This document shows, one piece after another, positions 48,353 to 56,620 of a DNA stretch of 64,000 nucleotides; the stretch's first letter is position 1, and each line of letters starts with the position of its first letter. Made by a program: the position numbers and the translations under genes. This DNA comes from an uncultured archaeon (GTDB taxonomy: Archaea > Thermoplasmatota > Penumbrarchaeia > JASLWR01): contig CAYSHM010000006.1 in assembly GCA_964430885.1 (NCBI GenBank), positions 32,001 through 96,000 of the forward strand. The letters run 5' to 3'. Under the pieces are notes generated by a model. That model made no database searches, had not been told where the DNA came from, and worked only from the letters and a program-made list of their open reading frames with translations.

Positions 48353-49783
48353 ATGGAGATCAGGCAGGATCAGATAAATAATATTGTGGATGAGATAGTT
48401 AGAAGAGTGGAGCTGGATATGAGCTATGGGAAACCGAACATGGGGCCAGCCAAGCAGGGAGGCACTACAGGTATCTACAGCACTATTGACGAGTGTATTG
48501 AGAAGGCGAAGAAGGCAAGAAAGTTTTTGATGTCAATGTCATTGGATCAAAGGCAGAAGCTGATAGATGCCATGAAAGGGGAGATATTGCAGAACGCAGA
48601 TCCTCTGGCCAAGCTTGCTGTTGAGGAGACTGGATTGGGTCGGTACAAGGACAAGGTGAATAAGAACATTCTGGCTGCGACAAAGACCCCTGGATGCGAG
48701 GACCTGCAGACTGAAGCCCAGACGGGCGACGACGGTCTCACACTGTACGAGATGGGGCCCTTTGGAATTATAGCTTCCATAACACCTACTACCAATCCCA
48801 CGTCAACGATCACATGCAACTCCATCGGCATGATCGCTGCTGGAAACGCTGTTGTGTTCAATCCCCATCCGAGGGCTACCAAGACCAGTCTGGAGACCAT
48901 AAGACTGCTGAACCGGGGTATTCAGTCGGCAGGAGGTCCTACTGATCTTATAACAACGGTTAAAAAACCAACAATTGACACAAGCCAGGCTCTTATGAAC
49001 CATAAGGAGGTCAATCTACTCTGCGTAACCGGCGGTGAAGGAGTGGTGCATTACGGTCTTACCAGAGGGAAAAAATGCATTGCAGCAGGTCCGGGAAATC
49101 CTCCTGTTTTCGTGGACGATACCGCTGATCTGATACGGGCGGGCAGGGATATTGTGGACGGAGCCAGTTTTGACAACAATATCCTCTGTATAGCTGAAAA
49201 AGAGGTTCTGGTATTCGAAAATGTGGCAGATAGGCTAATCTCTGAGATGAGGAAACACGGTGCACATCTGGTCAGCGGAAAGGAGATAGACCGGCTGATA
49301 GATTTGGTATTCAATGATCCCTCGGGAGAGATCCCCCTGGTGAACACCAAATGGGTGGGTCAGGATGCAGGTAAGATACTGCGGAACATAGGAATAACCG
49401 ATAAGTTCAATGCGCGATTGATCCTTGCCGAGGTTCCTCACGATCATCCATTCGTGCTGGCTGAAATGCTAATGCCAATACTGCCCATAGTTAGGGTGAA
49501 ATCCATAGATGAGGCCCTTAAAATTGGTCTGAGAGCCGAACATAGATTCAGACATACCGCAGCTATGCATTCCACAAATGTGGACAATATGACCAAGGTG
49601 GGACGGGCAATGGAAACCACAATATTCGTTAAGAACGCTCCATCCTATGCAGGTCTGGGTTTTGGAGGTGAGGGATACTGCTCCCTTACAATAGCCGGAC
49701 CAACCGGTGAAGGAGTTACAAGGGCGAGGAATTTTGCCAGATTGAGAAGATGTACGCTCAAGGATTCATTCAGAATTGTGTGA
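48353..49783 (+). CDS. CoA-acylating aldehyde dehydrogenase (EutE/PduP-like) with N-terminal encapsulation peptide
   Basis: ETGLG, PTTNPTST, VTGG, AGPGNPP, SFDNNILCIAEKE, EMLMP, TIAGPTGEG. Confidence 0.95.
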   Translation: MEIRQDQINNIVDEIVRRVELDMSYGKPNMGPAKQGGTTGIYSTIDECIEKAKKARKFLMSMSLDQRQKLIDAMKGEILQNADPLAKLAVEETGLGRYKDKVNKNILAATKTPGCEDLQTEAQTGDDGLTLYEMGPFGIIASITPTTNPTSTITCNSIGMIAAGNAVVFNPHPRATKTSLETIRLLNRGIQSAGGPTDLITTVKKPTIDTSQALMNHKEVNLLCVTGGEGVVHYGLTRGKKCIAAGPGNPPVFVDDTADLIRAGRDIVDGASFDNNILCIAEKEVLVFENVADRLISEMRKHGAHLVSGKEIDRLIDLVFNDPSGEIPLVNTKWVGQDAGKILRNIGITDKFNARLILAEVPHDHPFVLAEMLMPILPIVRVKSIDEALKIGLRAEHRFRHTAAMHSTNVDNMTKVGRAMETTIFVKNAPSYAGLGFGGEGYCSLTIAGPTGEGVTRARNFARLRRCTLKDSFRIV

Positions 49784-49830
49784 ATAATAATCGATAATAA
49801 ATATTTCAGTCCAGCAGATCAGGTGAAAAA

Positions 49831-51192
49831 ATGGCTTCATTGGGAACGGATATGGTAAGGAACTCGGGGATAATAGGTGCGGGTGGTGCAGGTTTTCCTA
49901 CCCATGTCAAGCTGGCAGCTAAGGTTGATTGTGTAATAGCCAATGGTGCCGAATGTGAACCCCTTCTCAAGGCGGATAAGCAGCTCATGGAGCATTTCCC
50001 TGAAAAAATACTGGATGGTATGAAAGCAGCCATGGATATGACGGGAGCCCAGAAAGGTATAATAGCTCTAAAGAGAAAGTATGCGGATGCGGTGTCCTCC
50101 TTCAGAACTCGATTGGCGGATGCTGTGAACGGTAGATATGAAGGAATATCCATATTTGAACTTGAGAACTTCTATCCTGCAGGCGACGAACAGGTCATGG
50201 TCTATGAAGTGTTAGGACGGGTAATTCCCGAAGGCGCCATACCATTGTCAGCAGGTGTTGTTGTGGACAATGTGGGGACCCTGGCCCAAATATCGGAAGC
50301 CATTGAAGGAAAAAATGTTACCCATCGGTGGGTAACGGTCACTGGTGAAGTGGCCTACCCAAAGACCCTTTACATCCCTATAGGTACTTCTATAGAAAAG
50401 ATGCTTGGATTGTGCGGGGGTCCGACAATAACCAATTACAGGATATTATCCGGAGGTCCCATGATGGGACGTCTAGTAAACCTTACCGATAGTGTTCTGA
50501 AAACCACCTCGGGTATCATAGTTTTCCCGGCAGATCATTATGTTGTGAAGGCTAAAACCCGCCCGGTGGAAGTGAATGTTAGGTATACTTTAGCGGCATG
50601 CATTCAGTGCAAAATGTGCACTGATGTATGTCCCAGATTCAATCTGGGTAAGTATGTATGTCCGGACAGTGTGATGAAAGGCATCGCTTACGGAATACTT
50701 TCAAAACCGGAGGATATGACCACCGCATTCCTCTGCGTTGAGTGCGGATTATGCACCCATTACGGATGCCCTATGGGTTTGGACCCCTGCGGTATGATGG
50801 GGAAGGTCAAATCCGAACTTATTTCCGAAGGTATGACGAACCCACATTCAAGGACGGATCTGTCTGCCAGGGAATACAGGCCTTTCAGAAAGGTTCCCCT
50901 AAAAAGATTGATGGCCAGGATGGATCTTTTGAGATATGATGTACCGGCACCCATGGAGCTGAAGGACCTATCGAAGGTTATTACAGAAGTGAATATCCCT
51001 CTTAAACAGCACATAGGCGCGCCTTCGAAACCTGTTGTGAAAGTGGGAGATCAAGTGAAGAAGGGTGAACTGATAGCAGATATTCCAAAAGGTTCTCTGG
51101 GGGCACGGTATCATTCCAGCATTAACGGTGAAGTAACAGGTGTGGATTCCTGCATCAGTATTAGAGCAAAGAAAATCGGAGGAATTGAATGA
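49831..51192 (+). CDS. pduS: PduS-like (RnfC family) flavin/Fe-S oxidoreductase
   Basis: GAGGAGFPTHVK, ANGAECEP, YPAGDE, GGPMMG, two CxxCxxC..CP motifs, C-terminal PLKQHIGAP. Confidence 0.9.
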   Translation: MASLGTDMVRNSGIIGAGGAGFPTHVKLAAKVDCVIANGAECEPLLKADKQLMEHFPEKILDGMKAAMDMTGAQKGIIALKRKYADAVSSFRTRLADAVNGRYEGISIFELENFYPAGDEQVMVYEVLGRVIPEGAIPLSAGVVVDNVGTLAQISEAIEGKNVTHRWVTVTGEVAYPKTLYIPIGTSIEKMLGLCGGPTITNYRILSGGPMMGRLVNLTDSVLKTTSGIIVFPADHYVVKAKTRPVEVNVRYTLAACIQCKMCTDVCPRFNLGKYVCPDSVMKGIAYGILSKPEDMTTAFLCVECGLCTHYGCPMGLDPCGMMGKVKSELISEGMTNPHSRTDLSAREYRPFRKVPLKRLMARMDLLRYDVPAPMELKDLSKVITEVNIPLKQHIGAPSKPVVKVGDQVKKGELIADIPKGSLGARYHSSINGEVTGVDSCISIRAKKIGGIE

Positions 51193-51746
51193 GAGAGTCT
51201 ATAGGTCTCATGGAGTTCAACAGCATTGCAAAGGGTATTGAGGTGACGGATGTTCTTCTGAAGGCTTCCGAGGTGGAACTCATATTCTCATCGCCGGTGT
51301 GTCCTGGAAAGTATCTGATAATGATCTCTGGTGAGGTGGAGGCTGTTAAGAATTCACTGGGAAAAGGAGCCGACATATCGGATGGTTTCCTCATCGATCA
51401 AAGTGTAATACCTCAGGTTCATGAAAAGGTGTTCCCAGCCATAGCTGGGACCACACTGCCCGAGGTGATGGGGGCCATTGGTGTCATAGACTGCTATTCT
51501 TCGGTTTCGGCAGTAGTGGCAGCCGATAAAGCGGTGAAATCCGCCGATGTAGATCTGCTGGAGATTCGATTGGCCAGGGCGTTGGGAGGAAAGGCCTTTG
51601 TCATAATAACAGGTGAGGTTGCCGATGTGAGGGCAGGTGTCGATAACGGAGTTGAGTCCATAAAGGAACACGGACTGCTGCTGGGCACAGTGGTAATTCC
51701 GTCCCCCCACCAGGACCTACTGGAAACGTTGATAGGATCGAGATGA
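51189..51746 (+). CDS. pduT: BMC shell trimer, PduT-like (Fe-S binding BMC-T)
   Basis: IGLMEFNSIAKG, VCPGKY with Cys38, second domain AADKAVKSA..RLARALGGK..IPSPH; directly follows pduS. Confidence 0.92.
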   Translation: MRESIGLMEFNSIAKGIEVTDVLLKASEVELIFSSPVCPGKYLIMISGEVEAVKNSLGKGADISDGFLIDQSVIPQVHEKVFPAIAGTTLPEVMGAIGVIDCYSSVSAVVAADKAVKSADVDLLEIRLARALGGKAFVIITGEVADVRAGVDNGVESIKEHGLLLGTVVIPSPHQDLLETLIGSR

Positions 51747-51843
51747 TCAGATCATAAATTCATATCACGATTAATTAAATTAATTAATTGATGAATAATT
51801 TGAAGAATATAATCAAGAAGATGAAAAATAGAAGTTGATTGAA

Positions 51844-52350
51844 ATGAGAATTTGCAGGGTAATAGGCAATCTGGTATCCACATGCAAGATACCTGATCAC
51901 GAAGGTTTCAAGATACTGGCGGTTCGTGCTGTCGATCTTCACGGCAGAATGCATGGTGAGACCTTTCAGGCTATAGATTGCGCCCAGGCAGGTGTGGGTG
52001 ATTTTGTGCTCGTGATAGAGGAAGGAGGCTCCTGCAGTCAGGTGATGAGCGGAGTTAAGTCGCTAACCCCCAAGGGTGACCGGGTGGCAGTCAACAAGTC
52101 CATTCTTGCTGTTGTGGATTATATTGAGGCTGATGGAGAGCTCAGAAGGCTGGAGCAGACAGCAGAGATGGAAGAGGATGGAGGAAAGAAAAAATTAAGA
52201 AGTACCAAGGTTAAAAGAAAGACCTCCAAGGCTACTGGAAAAAAGGGTAAAGAAAAAAAAAGTGAAAAAACGTCAGGAAAAAATTCCCGCAAACCTGCTA
52301 AAACCTTGGCAACAAAGAAAGGCAAGGGCGGTAAGAAGAAGAAGGGTTGA
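51844..52350 (+). CDS. BMC-P (EutN/CcmL) #2 with a Lys-rich C-terminal extension
   Basis: MRICRVIGNLVSTCK, AIDCAQAGVGDFVLVIEEGGS, ILAVVD, then a 56-aa basic tail. Confidence 0.92.
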   Translation: MRICRVIGNLVSTCKIPDHEGFKILAVRAVDLHGRMHGETFQAIDCAQAGVGDFVLVIEEGGSCSQVMSGVKSLTPKGDRVAVNKSILAVVDYIEADGELRRLEQTAEMEEDGGKKKLRSTKVKRKTSKATGKKGKEKKSEKTSGKNSRKPAKTLATKKGKGGKKKKG

Positions 52351-52356
52351 TAGATT

Positions 52357-53271
52357 ATGTCAGAAGACGAGCTCAGAAAGTTAGTAGAAAACATGGTTCG
52401 ATCCATGCTGGAATCCGGTTCTGTGGAGATACAGAAGGGAACTGCTCTAAGGACCCAGGGAGATATCTCAAGGCCTACCAACAATTATTTTAATGATCAG
52501 ATGGAGGGTAATGCCCGGTATGTGGTTGCAGCCAATTGGAAGATGAACATGACCACCATAGAGGCCAAGGAATTCGCTATGCAGATAAGGGCCTTAGGAG
52601 AGGAAATTTCCAATAGTAAAAGGGATGCAGTGGTCTGTCCTCCTATTTATTTGGCTCCTCTTCTGAAAACAGCGTTCATGGGGACGGGTATCCGGTTGGG
52701 CGGTCAGAATATGCACCATGAGACCAAGGGTGCTTATACCAGCGAGATATCGCCTCTAATGCTTAAGGATGCGGGTTGTCAATATGTGATAATTGGACAT
52801 TCTGAAAGGAGACATATATTTGGTGAAAAGGACCATCATATCAATATGAAGGTGAGGTCAGCTTTCAATCATGGCCTTGTACCTCTTTTCTGCGTTGGCG
52901 AGACCGAGAAGGAACGGGAGAGCAATGCTACCTTCAGGGTTGTCAGGAAACAATTGAAATTGGGCCTCTATAAGACAAGCTCCAAGCAATCCGGCAGGCT
53001 GATAATCGGTTATGAACCGGTTTGGGCAATAGGCACTGGGAGAAATGCTACTCCGGCTGACGCCCAAAGGGTACATGCATTCATCAGGGAGGTTCTGACG
53101 GAGATCTACGATTTCCCCACGGCCAAGAATATCAGGATTCTCTACGGCGGAAGCGTTACACCTGATAATGCTTCAGGTCTTATAGCCAAAAAAGATATCG
53201 ACGGTTTCCTGGTGGGGGGTGCTTCTCTCACCGCTTCCAAGTTTATGAGCATAGCGGAGGTGTGCAAATGA
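52357..53271 (+). CDS. tpiA: Triosephosphate isomerase, bacterial type, with N-terminal encapsulation-peptide extension
   Basis: ANWKMN, IGHSERR, YEPVWAIGTG, YGGSV, DGFLVGGASL. Confidence 0.95.
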   Translation: MSEDELRKLVENMVRSMLESGSVEIQKGTALRTQGDISRPTNNYFNDQMEGNARYVVAANWKMNMTTIEAKEFAMQIRALGEEISNSKRDAVVCPPIYLAPLLKTAFMGTGIRLGGQNMHHETKGAYTSEISPLMLKDAGCQYVIIGHSERRHIFGEKDHHINMKVRSAFNHGLVPLFCVGETEKERESNATFRVVRKQLKLGLYKTSSKQSGRLIIGYEPVWAIGTGRNATPADAQRVHAFIREVLTEIYDFPTAKNIRILYGGSVTPDNASGLIAKKDIDGFLVGGASLTASKFMSIAEVCK

Positions 53272-53747
53272 GCCAGGATATGAGGAAGATATTGATAGGT
53301 AGTGATCACGGGGGATTTGAGTTAAAGGAGATTATTAGACAGTTCCTCAAGGACCAGGGATACCGGGTTGTTGATTTTGGTTGCTATTCGCCGGACCCTG
53401 TTGACTATCCAGATATTGCCTTTTTGGTCTCTCAGGGGGTGTGTTCGAATCCTAATTCAATTGGTATAATGATAGATGGGGTAGGTGTTGCCAGTACAAT
53501 GGTTGCAAACAAGATTCCCGGGATCAGGGCCGCCCTTTGCTGGAATCAGTTCAGCGCACACAATGCACGTGAGCACAACAATGCAAATATGCTCGTCCTA
53601 GGGGGTAGGGTAATCGGTGATATATTGGCCAGGAGCATTGTGAAGGAATTCCTGGAAACAGAATTTGCCGGCGGACGGCACGCACGGAGGGTAGACAAGA
53701 TAATGGCGATTGAAGCCAAATATCTGAGGTCTATTCAGGAAAAATGA
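53268..53747 (+). CDS. rpiB: Ribose-5-phosphate isomerase B family
   Basis: GSDHGG..LK, VDYPD, ANKIPGIRAA, AREHNNANML.LG, FAGGRHARRV. Confidence 0.92.
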   Translation: MSQDMRKILIGSDHGGFELKEIIRQFLKDQGYRVVDFGCYSPDPVDYPDIAFLVSQGVCSNPNSIGIMIDGVGVASTMVANKIPGIRAALCWNQFSAHNAREHNNANMLVLGGRVIGDILARSIVKEFLETEFAGGRHARRVDKIMAIEAKYLRSIQEK

Positions 53748-53849
53748 GTTAAAAGTTAACAGAGTTAGGATAAATTTATTAGTTCAGTGTAATAATAATA
53801 TAAAACTTAATAATATAGAGTTGAGAGACGAATCTTGAGGAGTGAACCA

Positions 53850-54137
53850 ATGTATATCGGTAAAGTAATGGGAACCGTGGTGGCCACAAGGAAGATAGAT
53901 ACCCTTAAAGGGATCAAACTGCTCCTAATACAGCCCTTGGATGATGATATGAAACCCTCGGGAAGGTTACTGGTGGCCGGGGATGCCCAGGGAGATACAG
54001 GAGAAGGTGATGTGGTATATTTGGTCACCAAGAAGGAAGCCTGTTTCCCCTTCGGTGGTCTGACCCCCCTTGATCACGCTGTGGCGGGTTATATTGATGA
54101 TTATCATATTGAAGAATCTTTAAAAGAGGGGAAATAA
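53850..54137 (+). CDS. BMC-P (EutN/CcmL) #3
   Basis: MYIGKVMGTVVATRK...KLLLIQP, VAGD...GEGDVV....KEA, PLDHAVAGYID. Confidence 0.93.
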   Translation: MYIGKVMGTVVATRKIDTLKGIKLLLIQPLDDDMKPSGRLLVAGDAQGDTGEGDVVYLVTKKEACFPFGGLTPLDHAVAGYIDDYHIEESLKEGK

Positions 54138-54442
54138 GCATAACATGGACACTGCGGACAACCATCCAAGGCTCTATTTACCTGGAAGAAATATTTGGAC
54201 AGTAAATAATAATATAGGAATAAGGTAAGATTAGTGTGTTAATTTAATCCTGTTACCAGGATGTGAATTCATAATAGTATTGGATAGGGCATGGGTATGA
54301 GTAAAGGTAAAAAGCAATAGATGAAAAATTCGAAATCAGCTATTGAAATGTATAATCAATCAAAAATTATTGAGAAGTAGTAGTCAAGGATTATTACAAT
54401 GGAGATACATTGAATCCAAAACAAATCAAGGAGGAAAAATAA

Positions 54443-54736
54443 ATGAGAGATCTACAGAAAATTGCATTGGGAATGATTGAGACAAAGGGAGAGATAGGAG
54501 CTATAGAAGCTGCAGATGCCATGGTAAAGGCAGCCAAAGTGACCCTTATCGGAAAGGATTTCGTCGGCGGCGGCTATGTGTGCGTTATGGTCAGGGGAGA
54601 GGTTGGGGCTGTCAAGGCGGCAATAGACGCCGGTGGAGCCGCTGCAGCCAGGGTCGGAGAGCTTGTCTCAGTTCACGTTATTCCCAGGCCCCACGAGGAA
54701 GTAGAGGATGTTCTGCCTTCCATTGATAGGGATTAA
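54443..54736 (+). CDS. BMC shell hexamer BMC-H (PduA/EutM/CcmK family)
   Basis: [45 protein letters not shown]. Confidence 0.98.
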   Translation: MRDLQKIALGMIETKGEIGAIEAADAMVKAAKVTLIGKDFVGGGYVCVMVRGEVGAVKAAIDAGGAAAARVGELVSVHVIPRPHEEVEDVLPSIDRD

Positions 54737-55067
54737 AGTAATACTGCATTAAATTGTTATTTGCAGGGATGGGCTGAAATATTCGCCTGCTCCCTTAGAG
54801 AACAGGATTTGCATTTGGAGATTTATCCTCAAAATAATAATGATATTCTTTTAGGAAGATCATCTGAATGTTTTATCCTGCAATTTACTCAATAGGATTA
54901 AATCGAATTGATATCTATGGTGATCATGAAAGCAAAGGCCATATGTCAATTACTTCCAGATTGAAATGCGGGTAGTATTGTTACCTTTGATATCAAGATC
55001 CGGGATATGGAATGTATGGCCTAAACACCACGAAAAAATTCAAGAATAGTGATAATGAAGTGATACA

Positions 55068-56507
55068 ATGGAAAGGGAGGAAGCGATCAAAAGGATAACC
55101 GAAGAGGTTCTTGCAAGAATTAGGGGCGCATCTTCGGGTAATTCTTTGAATACCTCACAGGGATCTGCCGCGGATCAATCCGAAAAGGGACGGAGTGCAC
55201 CTTATTTAGCCTCTGGGGGAAAATCCATTATTATGATACTCAGCGGAGACCGGACTATTGAGGATCTGAGAGAGGACATCAGTTCCATATGCAGTAGCCA
55301 GAAGGTTGAAATGATAGTGGTATCCGATTGGGCTCTTAGGTCCTTCAACATCTTTAAACTCAAGGGTTTAGCTCCTGGGATAAAACTGCTCCAGGAGGGG
55401 GACATATTGGGCAGCAAGACAATATCAGACATCTTATCAGACGTTGACTCGGTCTATGTTCTCGACCTGGATATTCCCAGTGCTTCGCGTATTGCAGATT
55501 TTGCTCCAGTGCTGCCTGCTGAAAGGGTTATCACAGGGGCAATTATTTCCGGTAAAAGCGTTATCTGTTCACATGCACTTCTGAGCCCAATGGCAGGGGA
55601 GCTAACTCCTCCATGCGCCCGTGAGGCCATTTCCGCAGTTGAGAAGAAGCTCGTGGCCGTCGGTGTTGCCATGCTTGGTTCGGGGACTTCTTTCAGTGAT
55701 AATGAAGCAGTGGAACAGGCCCTAGCCCGCTGCCCGGCGGGTGAAGGAGAATGTATTGGATGCGGATTGTGCGTGAACCTGAACACAGCAGGCGTGGAGA
55801 ACATCTTTTCAGCCGGAGCCCAGAGGATTAGTACGGCTACCGGATTGGATACCCCCAATCCAGATATGGCTCGTATGATAGATCACACGCTGCTGAAACC
55901 CGCTGCCACAGAGGATGATATCCGGGAGCTATGTGATGAGGCTAGAAGATACAATTTCGCTACGGTATGTGTTAATCCATCCCATGTAGCCCTTGCAGCA
56001 AGGGAGCTGAGAGGAACGGATGTTGGTATCACCACTGTCATCGGTTTCCCCCTGGGAGCAACAACCCATACCGCAAAGTCCATTGAGACCCGGGATGCAA
56101 TAGCCAATGGCGCCAATGAGATAGATATGGTGGTTAACGTTGGCGCTCTGAAGGCTGGCAACGATGATCTGGTAAAAAGGGATATTGCGTCAGTGGTGAA
56201 CGCTGCAGGCAATGATGCTATTGTCAAGGTGATTCTTGAGACCTCTCTGCTGAATGACGAGGAGAAGGTCAGGGGCTGCCTGCTCTCAAAGATGGCCGGG
56301 GCGGATTATGTGAAGACATCCACTGGTTTTGGTCCTGGCGGCGCTACCGTAGAGGATATCCGCTTAATGAGGCAGACTGTGGGCCCAGATATGGGGGTTA
56401 AGGCCTCTGGAGGGATCAGAAATACAGACGATGCCAATGCCATGCTTGAAGCAGGTGCTTCAAGGATAGGTGCTAGTGCTTCAGTTGCCATTGTTAAGGG
56501 CGCATGA
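55068..56507 (+). CDS. deoC: Deoxyribose-phosphate aldolase fused to an N-terminal encapsulation peptide, an extra domain and a Cys cluster
   Basis: C-terminal ~215 aa: [40 protein letters not shown]; N-terminal ~265 aa extension with CIGCGLC. Confidence 0.93.
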   Translation: MEREEAIKRITEEVLARIRGASSGNSLNTSQGSAADQSEKGRSAPYLASGGKSIIMILSGDRTIEDLREDISSICSSQKVEMIVVSDWALRSFNIFKLKGLAPGIKLLQEGDILGSKTISDILSDVDSVYVLDLDIPSASRIADFAPVLPAERVITGAIISGKSVICSHALLSPMAGELTPPCAREAISAVEKKLVAVGVAMLGSGTSFSDNEAVEQALARCPAGEGECIGCGLCVNLNTAGVENIFSAGAQRISTATGLDTPNPDMARMIDHTLLKPAATEDDIRELCDEARRYNFATVCVNPSHVALAARELRGTDVGITTVIGFPLGATTHTAKSIETRDAIANGANEIDMVVNVGALKAGNDDLVKRDIASVVNAAGNDAIVKVILETSLLNDEEKVRGCLLSKMAGADYVKTSTGFGPGGATVEDIRLMRQTVGPDMGVKASGGIRNTDDANAMLEAGASRIGASASVAIVKGA

Positions 56508-56620
56508 GCCAAGGATCTCTTAAATATCCATTCCAGGTATACTAACTACCAAATGGAAGTCGCCTAGTTGCATGAAACTAGTGCAAGCTGTAGTAAATAA
56601 TGCATGAAGGGATTGGATAA

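Noticed and set aside
49831-51192. Rnf complex subunit RnfC
   Set aside because: No rnfABDEG nearby; the gene overlaps pduT and ends in the PLKQHIGAP sandwich domain, as in PduS
46594-56507. Carboxysome, Pdu or Eut microcompartment
   Set aside because: No RuBisCO, carbonic anhydrase, diol dehydratase, ethanolamine ammonia-lyase or glycyl-radical enzyme; the signature enzymes are DeoC, RpiB and TPI
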